Assembly (NCBI GenBank): GCA_028534125.1
Contig: CM052817.1
Location: forward strand, 101,930,001 to 101,994,000
DNA from: Lama glama
Lineage: Eukaryota
Direction of reading: 5' to 3'
DNA length: 64,000 nt
Position numbers and translations under genes: made by a program. Below, one piece after another: positions 23,761 through 37,759 of this stretch. Numbering within the stretch: position 1 is the stretch's first letter; the number at the start of each line of letters is the position of its first letter. The notes beneath the pieces were generated by a model. The model was given only the letters and a program-made list of their open reading frames with translations, ran no database searches and was not told the origin of the DNA.

Positions 23761-25839
23761 CCCTGAGCTGACTGAGACACAACTGAAGTGCTAAATCCAG
23801 GGCAGTCGTGGAATTGTGCTTGCAAAGGAGATGCTGTCCTTTCCTGAGAGTCATTGGTCCAAGGTGTCGAGAGTTAACCAAAGATGGTGGTTGGAAGTAG
23901 ACGTGTGGCTTCCCATGAGGGTTTGGAAACATCTGAATGAACCAGATTCTGGGCTACTAATCCAAGAATTTGGTCAGGATGACACGTCAGTCATTTAGAT
24001 GTTGTTCTACTGCCAACAGGCTGGCTATTATTCGGCTGCCTCAGATAAAACGTAGGAAAAAAAAAAGGCTGTCCTTTTTAATTCCTCTCGTGCAGAACTG
24101 AATGGGTTTTTGGCTGGAAGTGTCTTTCAGGGAGAAAAATCAGTCAACATGCTTAGCAATGGCCTGTGTGAAATACGTCGTCTTTTTTTTTTTTTTTTTT
24201 TTTTACAGAGCTCTTAACTAAGCCTTGGAAACTGGAAAGTCATTTAATATGCTCTCTGGGAGAGAGGCTTCTGTGGTGCTAAGAGTAGGATATTACACTT
24301 TCCTCAACCAAGAAAAACATATGCACGTACACCTGTGAGACAGAGTGGAAATCACTTCTCGGGGCCATAAAACTGTACTTTACAGTCAAGCTGTTTACTT
24401 GAAGGTAACTGTCATTTCTGATGCACCTCCTTGGAGCCAGTCTTCCCCTGTGGGTTGAAGCTGGGACCCAGGTTGCTCCTTCCAGCTCCGATCTGTCATT
24501 TGAACAGCAATTTCTTCTTGTCGGAAGCAGGCTTGTGGGCTTATGAGAAGCCCGAGGGACGCGTGGATTCAGTTACTCGCAGAGCGCCAGGAACCAGGGG
24601 TGACAGGGACCCCAGTGTCTACAGAACCACTTCTGTTTGACTTCAGATTAGTCCTACGTAGTTTTAGTTGTCAGGGAGAATTCTGCTGATAAGCTCCCAG
24701 ATAAGCATGTGTAGTAAACACAAAATAAATGGGTTCCTGGAAAAAAAAAAAAACAAAAACCTTTCACTTAAAATGAAACAAGATGGAACGTGTACGGTGG
24801 AGGTCCGGGTGGAAGTCCGGGTGAGGATGGAGTTTAAATCATATCATTAAACCCACTAAAGGAAGCTTGCTCTGTAGAGGAAGTGCCTGCATCTTTTAGA
24901 GTAAATACATGAATATTCATCTTTTAATGTATCTTTTGTGTCAATCCTGATCATCACAGGTTGTATGTATCAGGCACACTTAAAGTGAGGAAAAAATTCT
25001 CTAACAGCCTCGTATTTGTAAATGGGCTCTGGTAGATTGAAAATATTTACTTTGAAATTCTTGAAACGGACTCAGATGTGCTTTTAAGAGAGGCGCTGGG
25101 AGGGAGGCGGTGACGGCAGGGGGATGCGGGCTGAGCGCTCTCTCAGCCGGCTTCTGCTGGAGCCCTGGCGAGAGGAGGCAGGTGGGGTGGTCGCCGGGAA
25201 CTGAGGCATCTGCGTCAGTGCAGTTACTCATCAGAATGGTGGGGACATGCCAGAGTAACAACCACAGAGGCATTCTCCCCATCTGGAGCCGGAGGATTCT
25301 CACAGGGCGATGGTGCCCCGGATACTCACTTCCATAGACGGGCGCCATGGGCAGGCTCACTCCTACTGCGACGAGAGTATCTCCTGAATTAACTGTATCT
25401 CTGGCCTTTACCTTCTCCCCAGGATACATTCAGAATGGAACTGATTCTGAAAAGCATCCTCTCTGAATGGTCTTGCTTAGATCCCAAGCAAGCAGCCTGC
25501 TCACCCAGCCTGCCCCTCCTCTCCTCCAAAGTCGCCCACCGGTGCCTCTAGAAGGGCAGGGGAGAGGGGGGCAGCTGAATGGGGCAGGGCTTATGAGAGA
25601 AGGCAGCGTTCCCACCAGGAATTTCTCCTGCCTTTCGGGGGCCGAGCCTGCTGGATGTGCATTCAGCACTCCTGTTGGCTGGAAACTCTGCCATAATTTT
25701 TCCTTCCCCAGACTTCGAGGTCCTGGTAGGCAGGGGCTGTGCTCCAAGCTTCACCTGCGGGCCCTCTCGGACGGAGCCCAGGCTGCCTAGGGATATAATA
25801 GAGCACCTTCTTTAAGAAAAGGCCCCTGGAACACAATTG

Positions 25840-26010
25840 CCTTGGTTGAACTGTGTAATTTTGAGTAACTTGCTTAATCTCTCTGTGACTCAGTTTCCTC
25901 CTCAGAAAATGAGGACAGTGATGGTATTAAATGGGTTAATTATGTAAAGCACTTAGCACAGGGTCTTAGAACAGTGACAACAACTGAATAAATGCTAGCT
26001 ATTATTTTCC
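25840..26010 (+). mobile_element. MIR SINE
   Basis: CTTAATCTCTCTGTGACTCAGTTTCCTC...TGTAAAGCACTTAGCACAG...AATAAATGCTAGCTATT. Confidence 0.85.
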
Positions 26011-27866
26011 ATCAGATTGATGCTCTGGGCCTTCAGGTCTTCCCTTGACATCTAGTGTATGGACATTTAGCATATAACATGTGTTCCCTGCTTTGTTCCA
26101 GAAAAAGTTTAGGATGGCATTCATGTCCTGGCTGAAAGGATGGTTTTCCAGAAGGTGCCTATGTGCATCCAGAGTTGGAGGACAGATCCAGTGATTCAGC
26201 CCAGTGTATGCAAGTCCCTTGGCCCAGACAGCCCAACCTTCCTTCTGTTCTCCCAGAAGTTTAAGTGTCTAGAAGGCAGTGCTCGGGAGGTTGAATACTC
26301 TCATGCATTGGTCCTATTGAGGGCTGTCACTACTCAGTTATAGGCAGAATTGCCCTCTGCCTCAGGGTGTTTGAAGAAAATTTCTCAGCTTAAAAACATA
26401 AAATCCTATTTATTTTCCAAGGATAGAAGTCTTTTAAAAAATCTGCTTGTCACACACACACACACACACACATACACATAATTGACTGGTTGGGGTAACT
26501 TGTTTTATAGAAAATGGAGGCTATTTATTTTGCTATGAACTGGCCCCTTTCTTCTAAGGAGCCTGAAGGATTTGAGAAGATGATCTCACGCCAGGGGAGG
26601 CGGGGCTCTTACCTGGATAGTGTCAGAGGTAGGACAAGACAACGGGACAGCTGTCCTCAACCTAAGAAGGGAGAACCAGCATGAACAATAGGATTAGTCT
26701 GAGTTTTAAATTTATATCGATAAGTCAGTCGAGCTTGGTAAGTTACTATATAGGAAAGACCCCAGGCTAAAAGCTGTGAGTGATCGACCATGTTCTTAAG
26801 GGACATGAATTCAGCATAAATGCTCTCTTTTAAGGTAATCGCTGAATGAACAGTGAGTCAGGGCCCTGTAATTTGTGCTGTCAGTGTTCCATTGCAAATC
26901 TCGGCATGAGCGCCCAGGTTGGCTCAGGGAGGTGAGAGGCCTTCGTGAAAACACTGAGCAGGCTCTGAGCACAGGCGAGCGTGTTATCATATTTGGAAGA
27001 CGAATGGCTCGGGCTGGAGCTCTCAGATGTCTGAGTTCTCTGGTCCAAATAGTTGGAATGGGATGGCTCTGATTCGAAAGGCTCTCTTGCTGATTTTAAT
27101 TAGGTAGAAACACAATTTAAGACGAGCTCTTCCCTGCCTGTTAAGCAAGGAGGGGAGCCTAAAGCGCCACTCAGTCCCCAGGAATTTCTCAAGTGCTCCT
27201 TTCTGGCTGTGAAAACAGTCTTTCACATCCAGGAAAAACACGGAGGGCTTACTTAGGGAAAACGATGCCTAGAAACTGTCAACTTTAGATCGCTACAAAC
27301 TGTCAAGATACGAAAACAAATGGTCTTAACATGATTATATGCGTTTTCTCTTTGGTATGCACACGTATAGATTGTGTGTGACCAGGGGACCTTCCCCCCA
27401 AAGCAGCCCTTCATTAAACTGTCAGGAAAGATACAGCCTGGAAAGGGAAGGGGAGGGAGGGGGGAGCAGGAGGGGAGGGCAGGAGAGGTGTGCGCGCTCT
27501 TGCACACTGAGTTGGACTATTACCTCTTGGCTATTCTTTCTCACTCCTTTCCCAGAGCCCTCAACGTTTCCACGAGTTTTCCCAACACCTAGTGATCCTG
27601 GAGTGAGAAAGGAAAAAGTGACACCGGTAACATGAGTTAAAGCTCTGCTGGGGGCTGCCCTGTCCTCCCACCTGGAATCTGGCAAAATTCAAGGCAGAAT
27701 ATCTGATGCGGGAACCCAGAGGGGAGTGGGGAGGGCGGAGCATGAGGGCAAGCGGACATTTGTTCACACATTCATCCATTTATTTAATCCGAGGTCTGGA
27801 TCAGACGCAGTGTTAGGTTTCAGCAGTTCACTTTTTTGTGCGTTCATTCACTGAACAAATACCTGC

Positions 27867-28640
27867 TGTGATGTAATTTACAATAAGGACTATATATGTA
27901 TGTATTCCAAATATATATATTTTGTCTTTGTTTTCATTTCTGGCACACAGCTCCTAAAACCATTGAAATTCCCTAAGAGATGAGAACAATTAAGATGTCT
28001 TTTGTCATGTTAATGAGACGACTTTTAGAAAGCATTCAGGTAACCTAAAGATGGGAGCTGAGAGCCAGGGCACCCTACTGTGGAATTACATGGTTGGACT
28101 TTTCAACCCCACCCTCAAACTCTGGGGAGTGGAGAGGGGCTGCAGGTTGAATCAGCTGCCAATGGCCAGTGGTTTAATCAATCATGGTTATGTAAAGTTG
28201 CCTCCATAAGACCTCAACAGGACAAGTACGATGTGCTGACAACTTCCTGATTGGTGAACATGGAAGCTCCTCACCCTTTCCCCATACCTTGCCCTGTGCG
28301 TCTCTCCACCTGTCTGTTCCTGAGTGATACCCTCCCATAATAAACTGGTGGTCTAGTAAGTAAAATGTTTCTCAGTTACATGAGTGGCTCTAGCCAGTTC
28401 ATTGAACTGAAGGAGAGAGTCACTGAAACCTCAGATCTATAGCTAGTTGGTCAGAAGGACAAGGGACAACCTGGACTTGTGATTGGCGCTGAAGTGTGTG
28501 AGTTGGGTGGAAGTCTGTGGGAGGAGCCCTTAACCTGTGGGATCTGAGGCCATCCCCAGGCAGAGTGTCAGAAGTGAACTGAATTGTGGGACACCCATCT
28601 GGGGTACAAGAATTGCTTGATCACATGGGGGAAAACGCCT
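27867..28640 (+). mobile_element. MER21-like LTR, apparently inserted in an L2 fragment
   Basis: Starts TGTGATGTAAT. Contains TTCTGGCACACAGCTCCTAAAAC, CCCATACCTTGCCCTGTGCGTCTC, AATAAACTGGT and GTGTCAGAAGTGAACTGAATTGTGGGACACCCA. Confidence 0.8.
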
Positions 28641-29239
28641 AAGTAGAACCCTTACTTTTCAATGACCACTATGGGTCAGACTCTTTTTTAAGCAGTGGGG
28701 TTCAGGAATGAATGAGGCAGGAGGCACTGCACTTGTGGAACTTGCTTGACAGCCCGAGGGAGACAGACAAGCAAACAGGCTGTTCTGACGCACAGACATG
28801 CACCTAACCTGCGCTGCGGGATGGGGGAAGCTTTCAGGGTGGAACTGTTTAAAGAGCAAATGGATGAGAGGGTGACCAGGTGGATTCATCTGCCAGCTAC
28901 ATCTTTGAAACTACCAGTAGAGCCTAATGCATTTCTTCTGGAGCCCTACACGTCACTTATTTTTTTTCCTAGTTAAAAAAAACATTTGGGGACCATTTAG
29001 ACCAAGATAATGCAATTTTTCCCCTTTCCTTTTGCATTTTATCACACTCTTTCTAAAAAAAATCTCTAATATGTACCCAAATGGATGACTCCATTCTTTT
29101 TGAAATTTGGGAAGAATTTTGGGAGCAGTGGACCAGCGATTATAGAGAAGTTTCCTCTCACTTTATAAATTATGATAATCATCCCTAATTAAGTAACATC
29201 CAGGGACCACATCTATTGAGGGAGATGGAGATAGAGGAA

Positions 29240-29780
29240 CATTTATGCCCCCCCACCCCCCAGGTGGGAGTGAGGCTTGGTATAGCCCTTCTGGAAAGCA
29301 ATCTGGCAGTATTCAGTCAAATTAAGTCACTCGGCTCCCGCGTGTGTGTCCCAAACATATCCTCACAAGTACCCCTAAACAGACATGTGCAAGGGCGTTC
29401 ACTGCAGTGCTTATTGTGGTCGAAGGTATGTGGAGGCAGTTACCACCCAGGAGACGTGTGGATGTACTTCAGGAAGTGCTGTGAAGCTGGCAGAACACTA
29501 GGGGAAGTATTCAATATGAGAGGCTGAGTGACAACATATTTTAAAAAAAAATTATGAGATCTGCAATATAATGGCACTCTGACAAATTAAGAAGCGTGTA
29601 TAGAGAAGTACCTGGGGCATTTTGTAAGGACGTACTCAAACAGGAGGATTCATAACAAACATTAGAATGGTTTCCTGGTTTGGGGAGGGAAACAGCAGAA
29701 GAGAATGAGGAAAGGGATAATAACACAAGAGAGCAGCCTTCCTGGGACCAGTTGTCGATAATGTGACATGAACTAGAAAG
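29240..29780 (+). mobile_element. Highly diverged L1ME-like 3' fragment
   Basis: TTGGTATAGCCCTTCTGGAAAGCAATCTGGCAGT and GTTCACTGCAGTGCTTATTGT are ORF2-end motifs. Confidence 0.55.
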
Positions 29781-29845
29781 TGTGATTAATCTCTCCAAGG
29801 TCCTCTAGGAAAGCAAATAGGAAAAGCTGGAAGGGAGGTTGGTAA

Positions 29846-30210
29846 GGAGGGAGAGAGGCAGGGAAGGAGAGAGAAGAAAAGAAAGAAAAGAAAGAAAGAG
29901 AAGGAAAGAAAGAAAGAAAGGGAGAAAGAGAGGAAGAGAGGAAGAAAGAAAAGAAGAGGAAAGGAAAGAAAGAGAGAAAAAGAGAAAGAAAGAGAAAGAA
30001 AGAAAAGAAAGAAAGAAAAAGAGAAAGAAAGAAAAGAAAGAAAGAAAAATAAAAGGAAAGAAAGAGAAAAAGAGAAAGAAAGAAAGAAAAGAAAGAAAGA
30101 AAGAAACGAAAGTAAGAAAGAAAAGAAAAGAAAAGAGAAAGAAAAGAAAAAAGAGAAAGAAAAAGTAGGATGCGGGGGTGGGGAGGGAAGGGTGGAAAGG
30201 AAGAAAGGAA
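29846..30210 (+). repeat. Polypurine (GAAA/GAAAA/GA) low-complexity tract
   Basis: About 320 bp of almost only A/G to about 30165, followed by G-runs. Confidence 0.95.
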
Positions 30211-30399
30211 CACAGAACTACTCTATCACCCCCCTCTTCTGTCCTAGGACGGAATCCCCTCGCCCCCATCCCCCCCCAGTCCCCCGCCCCCACTGCTCCA
30301 GGCTGTCCAGACAGCAGAAAGCTCAGAAGAGAAAAGCAAAAACTCACCAACCACTGTTGAAGAGGCTGCTAAGAGTCACAAGGCAGAACAAGAAGCTAG

Positions 30400-30730
30400 G
30401 GGTTTAGTCACACCTATAGTAACACCCAACAGAGAAATTATTCGCGGGGAACTAAGAGTTAAGGGTGTTGCCAGTAGGGCAAGGCGGGGTGCGGAGCAGG
30501 CAGTAGTGTGAGGGAGCGAGGAGGAGTCTGGAGGAGCAGAGGGGATCCCGGCCTCCGTGGGATCTCTGTGGGCGAGAGGGGCGGCCACCTGGCCGGTAGT
30601 GGGAGCACACCTCTTCTGGTCCTTGCGCTCTCCAAGCATTAGCTCCGCAGAACCAGGCTACCCCAGCTCCTGAGGGGTCTTTCTAGGCAGCCTGGGGGGC
30701 ATCCTGGTGAGGGACGGAGCTGACCCTGGA
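30400..30730. promoter_or_regulatory. GC/CpG-rich candidate regulatory element
   Basis: CpG cluster, GGGGCGG, and CTCF-like CGGCCAGGTGGCCG on the minus strand near 30582-30596. Confidence 0.35.
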
Positions 30731-33700
30731 GTCCAAGGAGGAAGGAATGAGCAGACAGCCACTTACTCAGCAGCCTCTGTCTCAACAGGACCAAGCCATG
30801 CCTTGAGTTCATATTATTTGCCACCTTTACAGGAAATCACAGAATCACAAATATTAGGAAGGTGGTCACTAAGGTGGCCATTTCTCATATTTTCCAGCTA
30901 GGAAAGCTGAGGATCAAATAGATTCAAAAACCCCAACTTCTGCTTTTTCTGAGACCTGAAATTGGAGTATTCTCACTACGAAAGTCAGTATGGAGGTGAT
31001 GCGGAGGGATGGGGGCGCCAATCTGAAGAGAGCGAGCCATAGGAAAACGAGAATGCCTGGCCTCCCAAGATTCTGTTTTTAGATAATTCTTTTATTACTT
31101 TATAAAAAGGGCAGTGACGAAAAATACTGGACATATCAGCACCTTCAATCTTACATTGCTTATTTTTCAAGGTTTTCCATTGGACACCGAGAATGAATTA
31201 AAATTCCATCCCTAAAAACATCTGACAGAAGATTTCAAACGTTGTATCTCATGTCCTGAAAAGGAACACAGCATGGCGTTTGCTCATTTGTCCTGCGGGG
31301 GGAGAAAAAGGCTTTCCTGAGAACTAGTCCTTGAGCTCCTTGAATTCAAACATTGCTGGGGTGGCTTCTTTTCATATAGGAAAAGCTGCTTTTCACCTCT
31401 GCCCTCTGCCCCACCTCTCCCTTGCTCTTTTGCTTCCATGGGAGCAGGAGTGGATTGGCTAGCTCCTAAACATAGGAAAATACTTTTTTATCCTCCCTGT
31501 TTTATCTTCCTATTTATAGATTCATTTCTTCCTCTCATTGTAAGCTCAGTAAAACATTTGTTTTTAATAAAAAAATAGTTGTTTTAATAAGTTTTCCAAT
31601 TTTTTTTGGCCAAAACCTGCAAGGTTATTTCTGGCATTTGCTTCTCGTAGAGTTCATTATTTATTATCGTCCCTGACTAATAGCCTTTTAATTAGCAGTT
31701 ATTAATATAAAATGCAATATTTATTCCCTCATCCAAGAAAAGAGAAAGAAAAACTCATATATTTTAATTTGTATTTTTTGGCCCTCTGCCATTTGGTAGC
31801 GAAGGGAAAAAAACGTGTATATGTTACAGTAAACACACATTTGTTACATTACATTCTGGAGTATACCATGCGTATTTGTCTGTGTACTCAAGAAAATTAT
31901 ATATTGTTCACCTGGGTTGCAGTTTCTGTTCTGGCAAATCTTTATTTGCCTCTCAGGGGAACCTATTTAATATAATTACATTTAATTGATATTTGTGGTG
32001 GTGGATTAAGGAAAAAGGAACCGTCATTTAATATGCTTCAGGATTTTATGGGTCTTGTATTTCTTGGCTTGGTTTTCAAAATACATGTAACCACATTTTT
32101 TAAAGCTAGGTACTTAGGTAAACTCAGTCCTTTATTAAAATAGTGCACTCAAAAGGGGCAGAGCTGAAAGCTCTCTAGTGGTCTTCTGCTAAAACAATGA
32201 AGAAAGAATGAAATCTTTCTCCTCCAAAATACGTTTTTACATTTGTTTTGTCTAAAGGTTTATAGGATTAAAATACGTTGTCTGTGGTTTAGCTGCTGAT
32301 TTGGCTCGCGTCCAGTCCCATAGGAAAAGAATGGATAGTTTCTGGAAAGTGGTGTTTCCACTGAAGTTTGTATCTTTGTCCCATGCTCAGCTGCGAATTG
32401 CCTTTTCTTCTGTCAAATGCGATAGAACTTTCCTCTTTTTGTTGCCTGTCAACGGGCAGTAGTCAATGTATTTAACTGATGGCTCTAGGTGACGTTCAGG
32501 ACGGCTCAGTCCAGTCCCTCAAACCCAGGAAATGTTATTTGTGTTTGCATTACTGTTTTGTTCAGAAAGTTATTTGTTGATGTTTAACTTCTTTTTAAAT
32601 AACAAGTGCTCCCAGTGAGCCATGCAGCCACCAGTTAAATTTACAAATAATTTAACTATGTACAAAAATGTGATTGAGGCCAGTTGACATAGATAGTTGT
32701 CGCAGGCCTTAAGTTGCACTCTCAGAGCTGAAGACAGATCAGGCTAGGTCAGCGGCTGGAGAGATGAGTGTGTTTATAGTTGAGTGTGTTCATTTTGCTT
32801 GTATTGGGAAAAAGAATGATTAAATAAGACTCCACGAGACACAAACATTTTTCCCCCTAAATTTCAAGGAAAATATAAATGCAGGTTTCTTGGTAAAGGC
32901 AGAATACGTCACATGAAATGAACAAGTAACGGCCCTAGACCTGCTCGTCCCAGGTGCCCCAGCTCAGTATCAGGACCATTTCCCAAAAAGAAACGTCCTG
33001 TTGATCTCTTTTTGTTTTTCCCTCTGTACCCACAAAAATGTGTGAGTGAGACAGGCGCATCGAACATCTCAAAGGTGATGCTGGGAAGCTATTCCTCGCT
33101 CTGTTCCTGGGATTCTCTTTGCCAAAAAGTGTCTGGAACTACAGTCCATGAGCTGAGTTATCCTACACAGGTGATTGGGAGACAGCCCCTGGCCTCCAGC
33201 CAATTGGAAGAGCTCAGGGCTTTCTAACCTTGGCCTCCGTGGACTTTAGGCTCCACCTCAGAAGAAGGAAGGGATGGACAGAGATCCCCACAAGCTTCCA
33301 ACTCTAAGTTTACTTGGAATCGTATTGATTTTCCCACCTCATTAGTTGTCATGTCCTCAGGTCCTTAGACTTAATGTAGTTTCTCCATATAAACTAATAA
33401 TCATGCTACTTCTGAGGGCAGACTTTTAGAAGAGTTCCTCATTAGTTCTTTCTCAGGGGGAAGCCCAAATTTCCCAAGCTGAGGTCCATAAAGCGTGCAC
33501 ATCATCAAATACTGAATTATCCAACCCTTCTTCACCACCCACCCCCTATTTTCCCTGATGGAGCGGTCAAGGGACTTACTCAGAGTCACACAACATCAGG
33601 TTCTCGACCCTTTGCCCGAGGCGAGGGGCTTTCCTTCAGCCGGCTGGGCTACAACGACTCAACCACTTTATATCGGACAACTTCCCTTGGCAATCAAGTA

Positions 33701-34749
33701 AGCCTAAAAGCAGAATAATAAATTGACTCCCAGCATTGTTTTTGAGTTGCTGGATGTTTCTAGTTCTTTTGAGCATTTTTGTGGGTTGAGAGAGAGGGAG
33801 CAAGTAGGGAGGGGAAGAGACAGAGAAATTTGTTTCCACTGGAGAAGATTCCCCTCCTTTGGTGAGAAGAACCTTGTCTTTAGGGCCATGAGAATGTATT
33901 TCCTGCCGCCCAGCCCTCCCAACCCCTGTGCTTTCCAGGGCTGGTACCTTCTCACTAAGGAATCAATGACCAGATTAGGGTGATGCCAAGCTGCTACTTA
34001 AAATTCCCAGGTGGGATGACTTGTTCCTTCAACTCTAGTTGGGGTGGGTTCCAGTATGAAATTCCTGGGCTGCCATGTCATTTTGCATTAAACCATCAGT
34101 TTGTTGGCCCGAGATGACAGCACATAACACATCCAAATAATTTTCTGTCAGGTCGACTCAGGGAAAAGAGCAGAAAAGAAGTATGGGAAAGGGAGTTTGA
34201 AGGAGATGAAGTTCTTTCTGATGGACGGAATAGGGCATTTTCTCTGTGTTTTTAATTTAAGGCTCTGAAGCTCTGGCCCTTCACTCTGGAAACTGACATG
34301 TTTCCAGGCTTGAAATGATCCTGTTGAACAGAGAGAAGGGAGAGAAGGTAGCAAAGGTGTCCCAGTCAGAAAAAAAGCCAAAGAGCTCATAGGCAAGAAA
34401 AGAAATGTGTGGCGAGAATTTGACAAAACGCAATTTGGGATAAAGGCTGTCCTTTCTCTGCTATGAACATGAGAAAACTCCCTGCTCTCCTCACCCCCAG
34501 TCATCAGCCCTACAAGATGGGAGCATCTGACTTTAAGTACTAAAAGGGCACAGAGAGAGAGAGAGAGAAATGATGCTAGCATAATTCTGAGGATCACAGA
34601 AACCTCTTTCCCTAGTTGAGAAAATCGGATAGAGCCTGACAGTCCACCCACCAAAAGTGGAATCCACCATCCCATCAGACCAGGAAGAATTTTTGGAGGG
34701 CTGAATGTGTTTAGGTGAAACTTGTAGGACTTGAAATCTTTCTTCTGCC

Positions 34750-35480
34750 TCTTCTGGGTCACGTGATGCTGGAGGAGTTACTGATTCTCTTTTTAGCCTT
34801 CGGTTCCTCATCTAGAAAATTAGAATCAAAAAGATACTGCCTCGCAGAGTTGTTGGGAGGATGACAATAATCACTGGGTGTTTTCCATGTGTCAGTACAG
34901 AACTAAGCTGTATCTAATTTAATCCTCAATATAGCCCCAAGAAGTAGGTCTCATTAACTTTATGCCAGAGATGGGTAAACCAAGGATCTGGGAAGTTACT
35001 TAAATTCACCCTGCCGTGAAGTCACAGATTAGGATTTGAAACCAAGTTCTTCTGATGCCATGACTGGGCCCTTAACCGCTGCTCTCTATGTAAAGAAGTT
35101 CTTTGTAAGATGCCAGCCATTATAAAACCATTAGTGATTCTGGTAAAGTCATCACTTGACAGTCATCTTGTAAGGTAACTTTAGTTACATAGTGTCTCAG
35201 TCTTCAAGCACCATTTTTGGGGGCAGCTAACAATTTTTGATGATAATAACTATGATATATTAAGTGCCTGTGCTGTGCTGGACCCTATTCGAAGCATTTA
35301 AGATGTTGTTACTTATTGACTCTCCATAAGGACTTAATGGAATAGGTGCTATTATTACCGGCATTTCACAGATGTGGAAATTCAGACACTGAGATCTTTA
35401 GAAACTTGCGCAAAGTCCCACCGCTAGCAGGAGGCAGAGCTGGGATTAGATCCAGGCAGGCTGGTGTAGAACTGAAGTGT
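34750..35480. mobile_element. Cluster of MIR fragments in both orientations
   Basis: GCCTCGGTTCCTCATCTAGAAAAT (+), TTTAATCCTCAATA..CCAAGAAGTAGG (-), CATTTCACAGATGTGGAAA..GGCAGAGCTGGGATT (-). Confidence 0.7.
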
Positions 35481-37759
35481 GTATCTTCTCGTCCTGTGAA
35501 GCATGGTTCTAAGCCCTGGCTGAGTGAATTCACCCAGTGACTTCTTGCTTACCTCTCCGGGGAATCAGAGAGGTTGCTGCAGGACTGATACATGGCAGCT
35601 CTTCTGTGGAGATTTCTCTGGGACATCCTGCCAAGGAACTGAAGTTTTCCTTCCCATAATCTACTGAGTGCTCCCCTAAATCCTTGCTAGCCAAAGGATC
35701 CTTACAAAAAAGCCCCGAGTTATAGTTTGCTCCAAGCAACCCCAACAGTTGACTTGTTAACCCTTCTGATTGTTCACGACTCCATTCCCAGCCTGCTTCC
35801 TGCCTTTAGGAGCTGGATAATTGCGAATGTGAGGGATAAGGCAGAATGGAGACTCTGAGGAGGTAAACCAGATTCTGGGATCTATGCTTGGTTCCTACCA
35901 AGCAGCTTTCTGGACAATCGCTGCTCTGATCTCCGTAATGTACTTGGAACTTTGCTGTGATGCACACGAGAGTTGCATCCCAAACTCTAGAAAGGCAGAA
36001 AGCAATTAAAATCGTCTATCATAACAGCCAGTGTTCTTAATTATAAACATGGGAATTTATCTATTTTAAGCTATCTGATGCCAAAAGTGAGTTCCCTAGA
36101 GGGCTCTTGCGTAGTTCACAGAATAGTGGGAAGGCCAGAGAAACCGATTCAGAAGTGGAACAGGAAACAAGAAAGGGTGCATGGAGAAACGGCTGGGCCA
36201 TCTGCCATAGCCCCTGCTGGCCCACACTGGAGCCCACCCTGCAGCCACGGTTGGACCCTGGAGGCCCCGATCCACCAAGAAGGCTTGTGAAATTGCCTTC
36301 TTTTTCATAATATTTGCTTCAAATTCAAAGCCTTAGGCTGTGATAACCAACTGGACCATTTTTAAGTCCTGTGCCTGCAGAGTAGTTGTCAGTGGTTAGG
36401 AAGCACTAAGACTGGCCTTTTCAGCTTCTGATTCAGGGGTTGAGCCATCGAAAATGTGACCACTGTCCACTCCATAGTCCCTGGTCTTTTTGTCAGGGTC
36501 CTAATTTAGCGCATTTAGTCCTGAATAAACTCTGCTGGGTGAATATCTCCACTTTAGAGCTATGGAAACTGGAGTTAAATCAGGTCAGCAGCTTAACGCC
36601 ATACCCACCACTCTGAATGCAGAACCGCCTTTAACAAGTTGCCCCTCAGTTTGAGAAGCACTGGCTTAGGCAGGAGGACTTGTACTTGTATCCAGGCTGC
36701 TTGGATGGAACCTCACCTCTTTAAGAGACAAATTGCCCCTTGTAAAGTGCTCCAGCATCTCCCACATTCTGGCAGGGGCATGGCCCGAGGCGTCTGAAGG
36801 GGAAGGCAGTTAATATGATATGTAGTCTATAAAATGCACAATTGATTTCTATATATTCATTTGCATCTGGTACGCGCACAGCTGTTGAATATATTCCCAA
36901 AGAACAGAAACATTATCCGTTTCCATAATTTTTGAATTATAGAAATATTTAGTCAAACTGAAAATATAGCAAGCTTTTATAGGCCGTTAGAGTGATTGAA
37001 AGGCCCTGACAACTTCTCATAGCTCACAGTCATGGGAAACATATGTGTGGATCTCCTTAAGGGAGCAAAGATGTGAGAACATCTTGGGGACCAGGGGGAG
37101 CATCTATGCGATTTCAGAAGGCTTTGAGACCCAGCAAGGACCACAGAGACCGAGTGGGAAGACTTTCAGCTTAAGGCAAATCACCAGTAGGCCCCTCTGT
37201 CGGGTAGTCAGCACCGATACCCCGTTCTAGACAAATTACGATGGATGTGGCCATCCCGATGGGCCAGCAGAACATCTTTCCTGCATGGGACCAGAGTGGA
37301 GAGGCTTTCAGGGTTCACGTTCAGGAATATGCCTATTTTTTTTTTCAGCAAACTTTCTGAACTGTGTCACATTTATGAAAAGAAGCGCGTTTTTTTCTTA
37401 TGTATTTTCTTTGTAAAAAGAAAGGCAAAATGATGAAGGGAGAGATCCCATAGTAGATTGAGAAGCCAGAAGACATGTTTGAGAAATGGGCCCACCACTG
37501 ACCAGCTGTGTTGATCTCAGGCACGTTGTTACCTGATTCTTCGGGTCTTAGATCCTTGCCTACCTCACAGGATTAAGTCAGATAAATTTTAAAATGTAAT
37601 ATTCAATAAATGGAAATTTGCCTAATCCCAACTTGGGTGTGATTTTGAACATGATTTATACTAAAATTTAAGAGAAGAACTCAACAAACATGCATAGAAC
37701 ACACAGTAGATCAATGTATAGACCCAAAACTCCAAAATGGTAGAAAAACATGGAGCATT

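Noticed and set aside
29773..30350. F/L/S-rich and K/R/E-rich ORFs of up to 181 aa
   Set aside because: Translations of the polypurine low-complexity tract
34148..34762. Longest ORF in the window (204 aa, minus strand)
   Set aside because: Non-ATG start, no recognisable homology, runs through a (GA)n repeat and starts in a MIR edge
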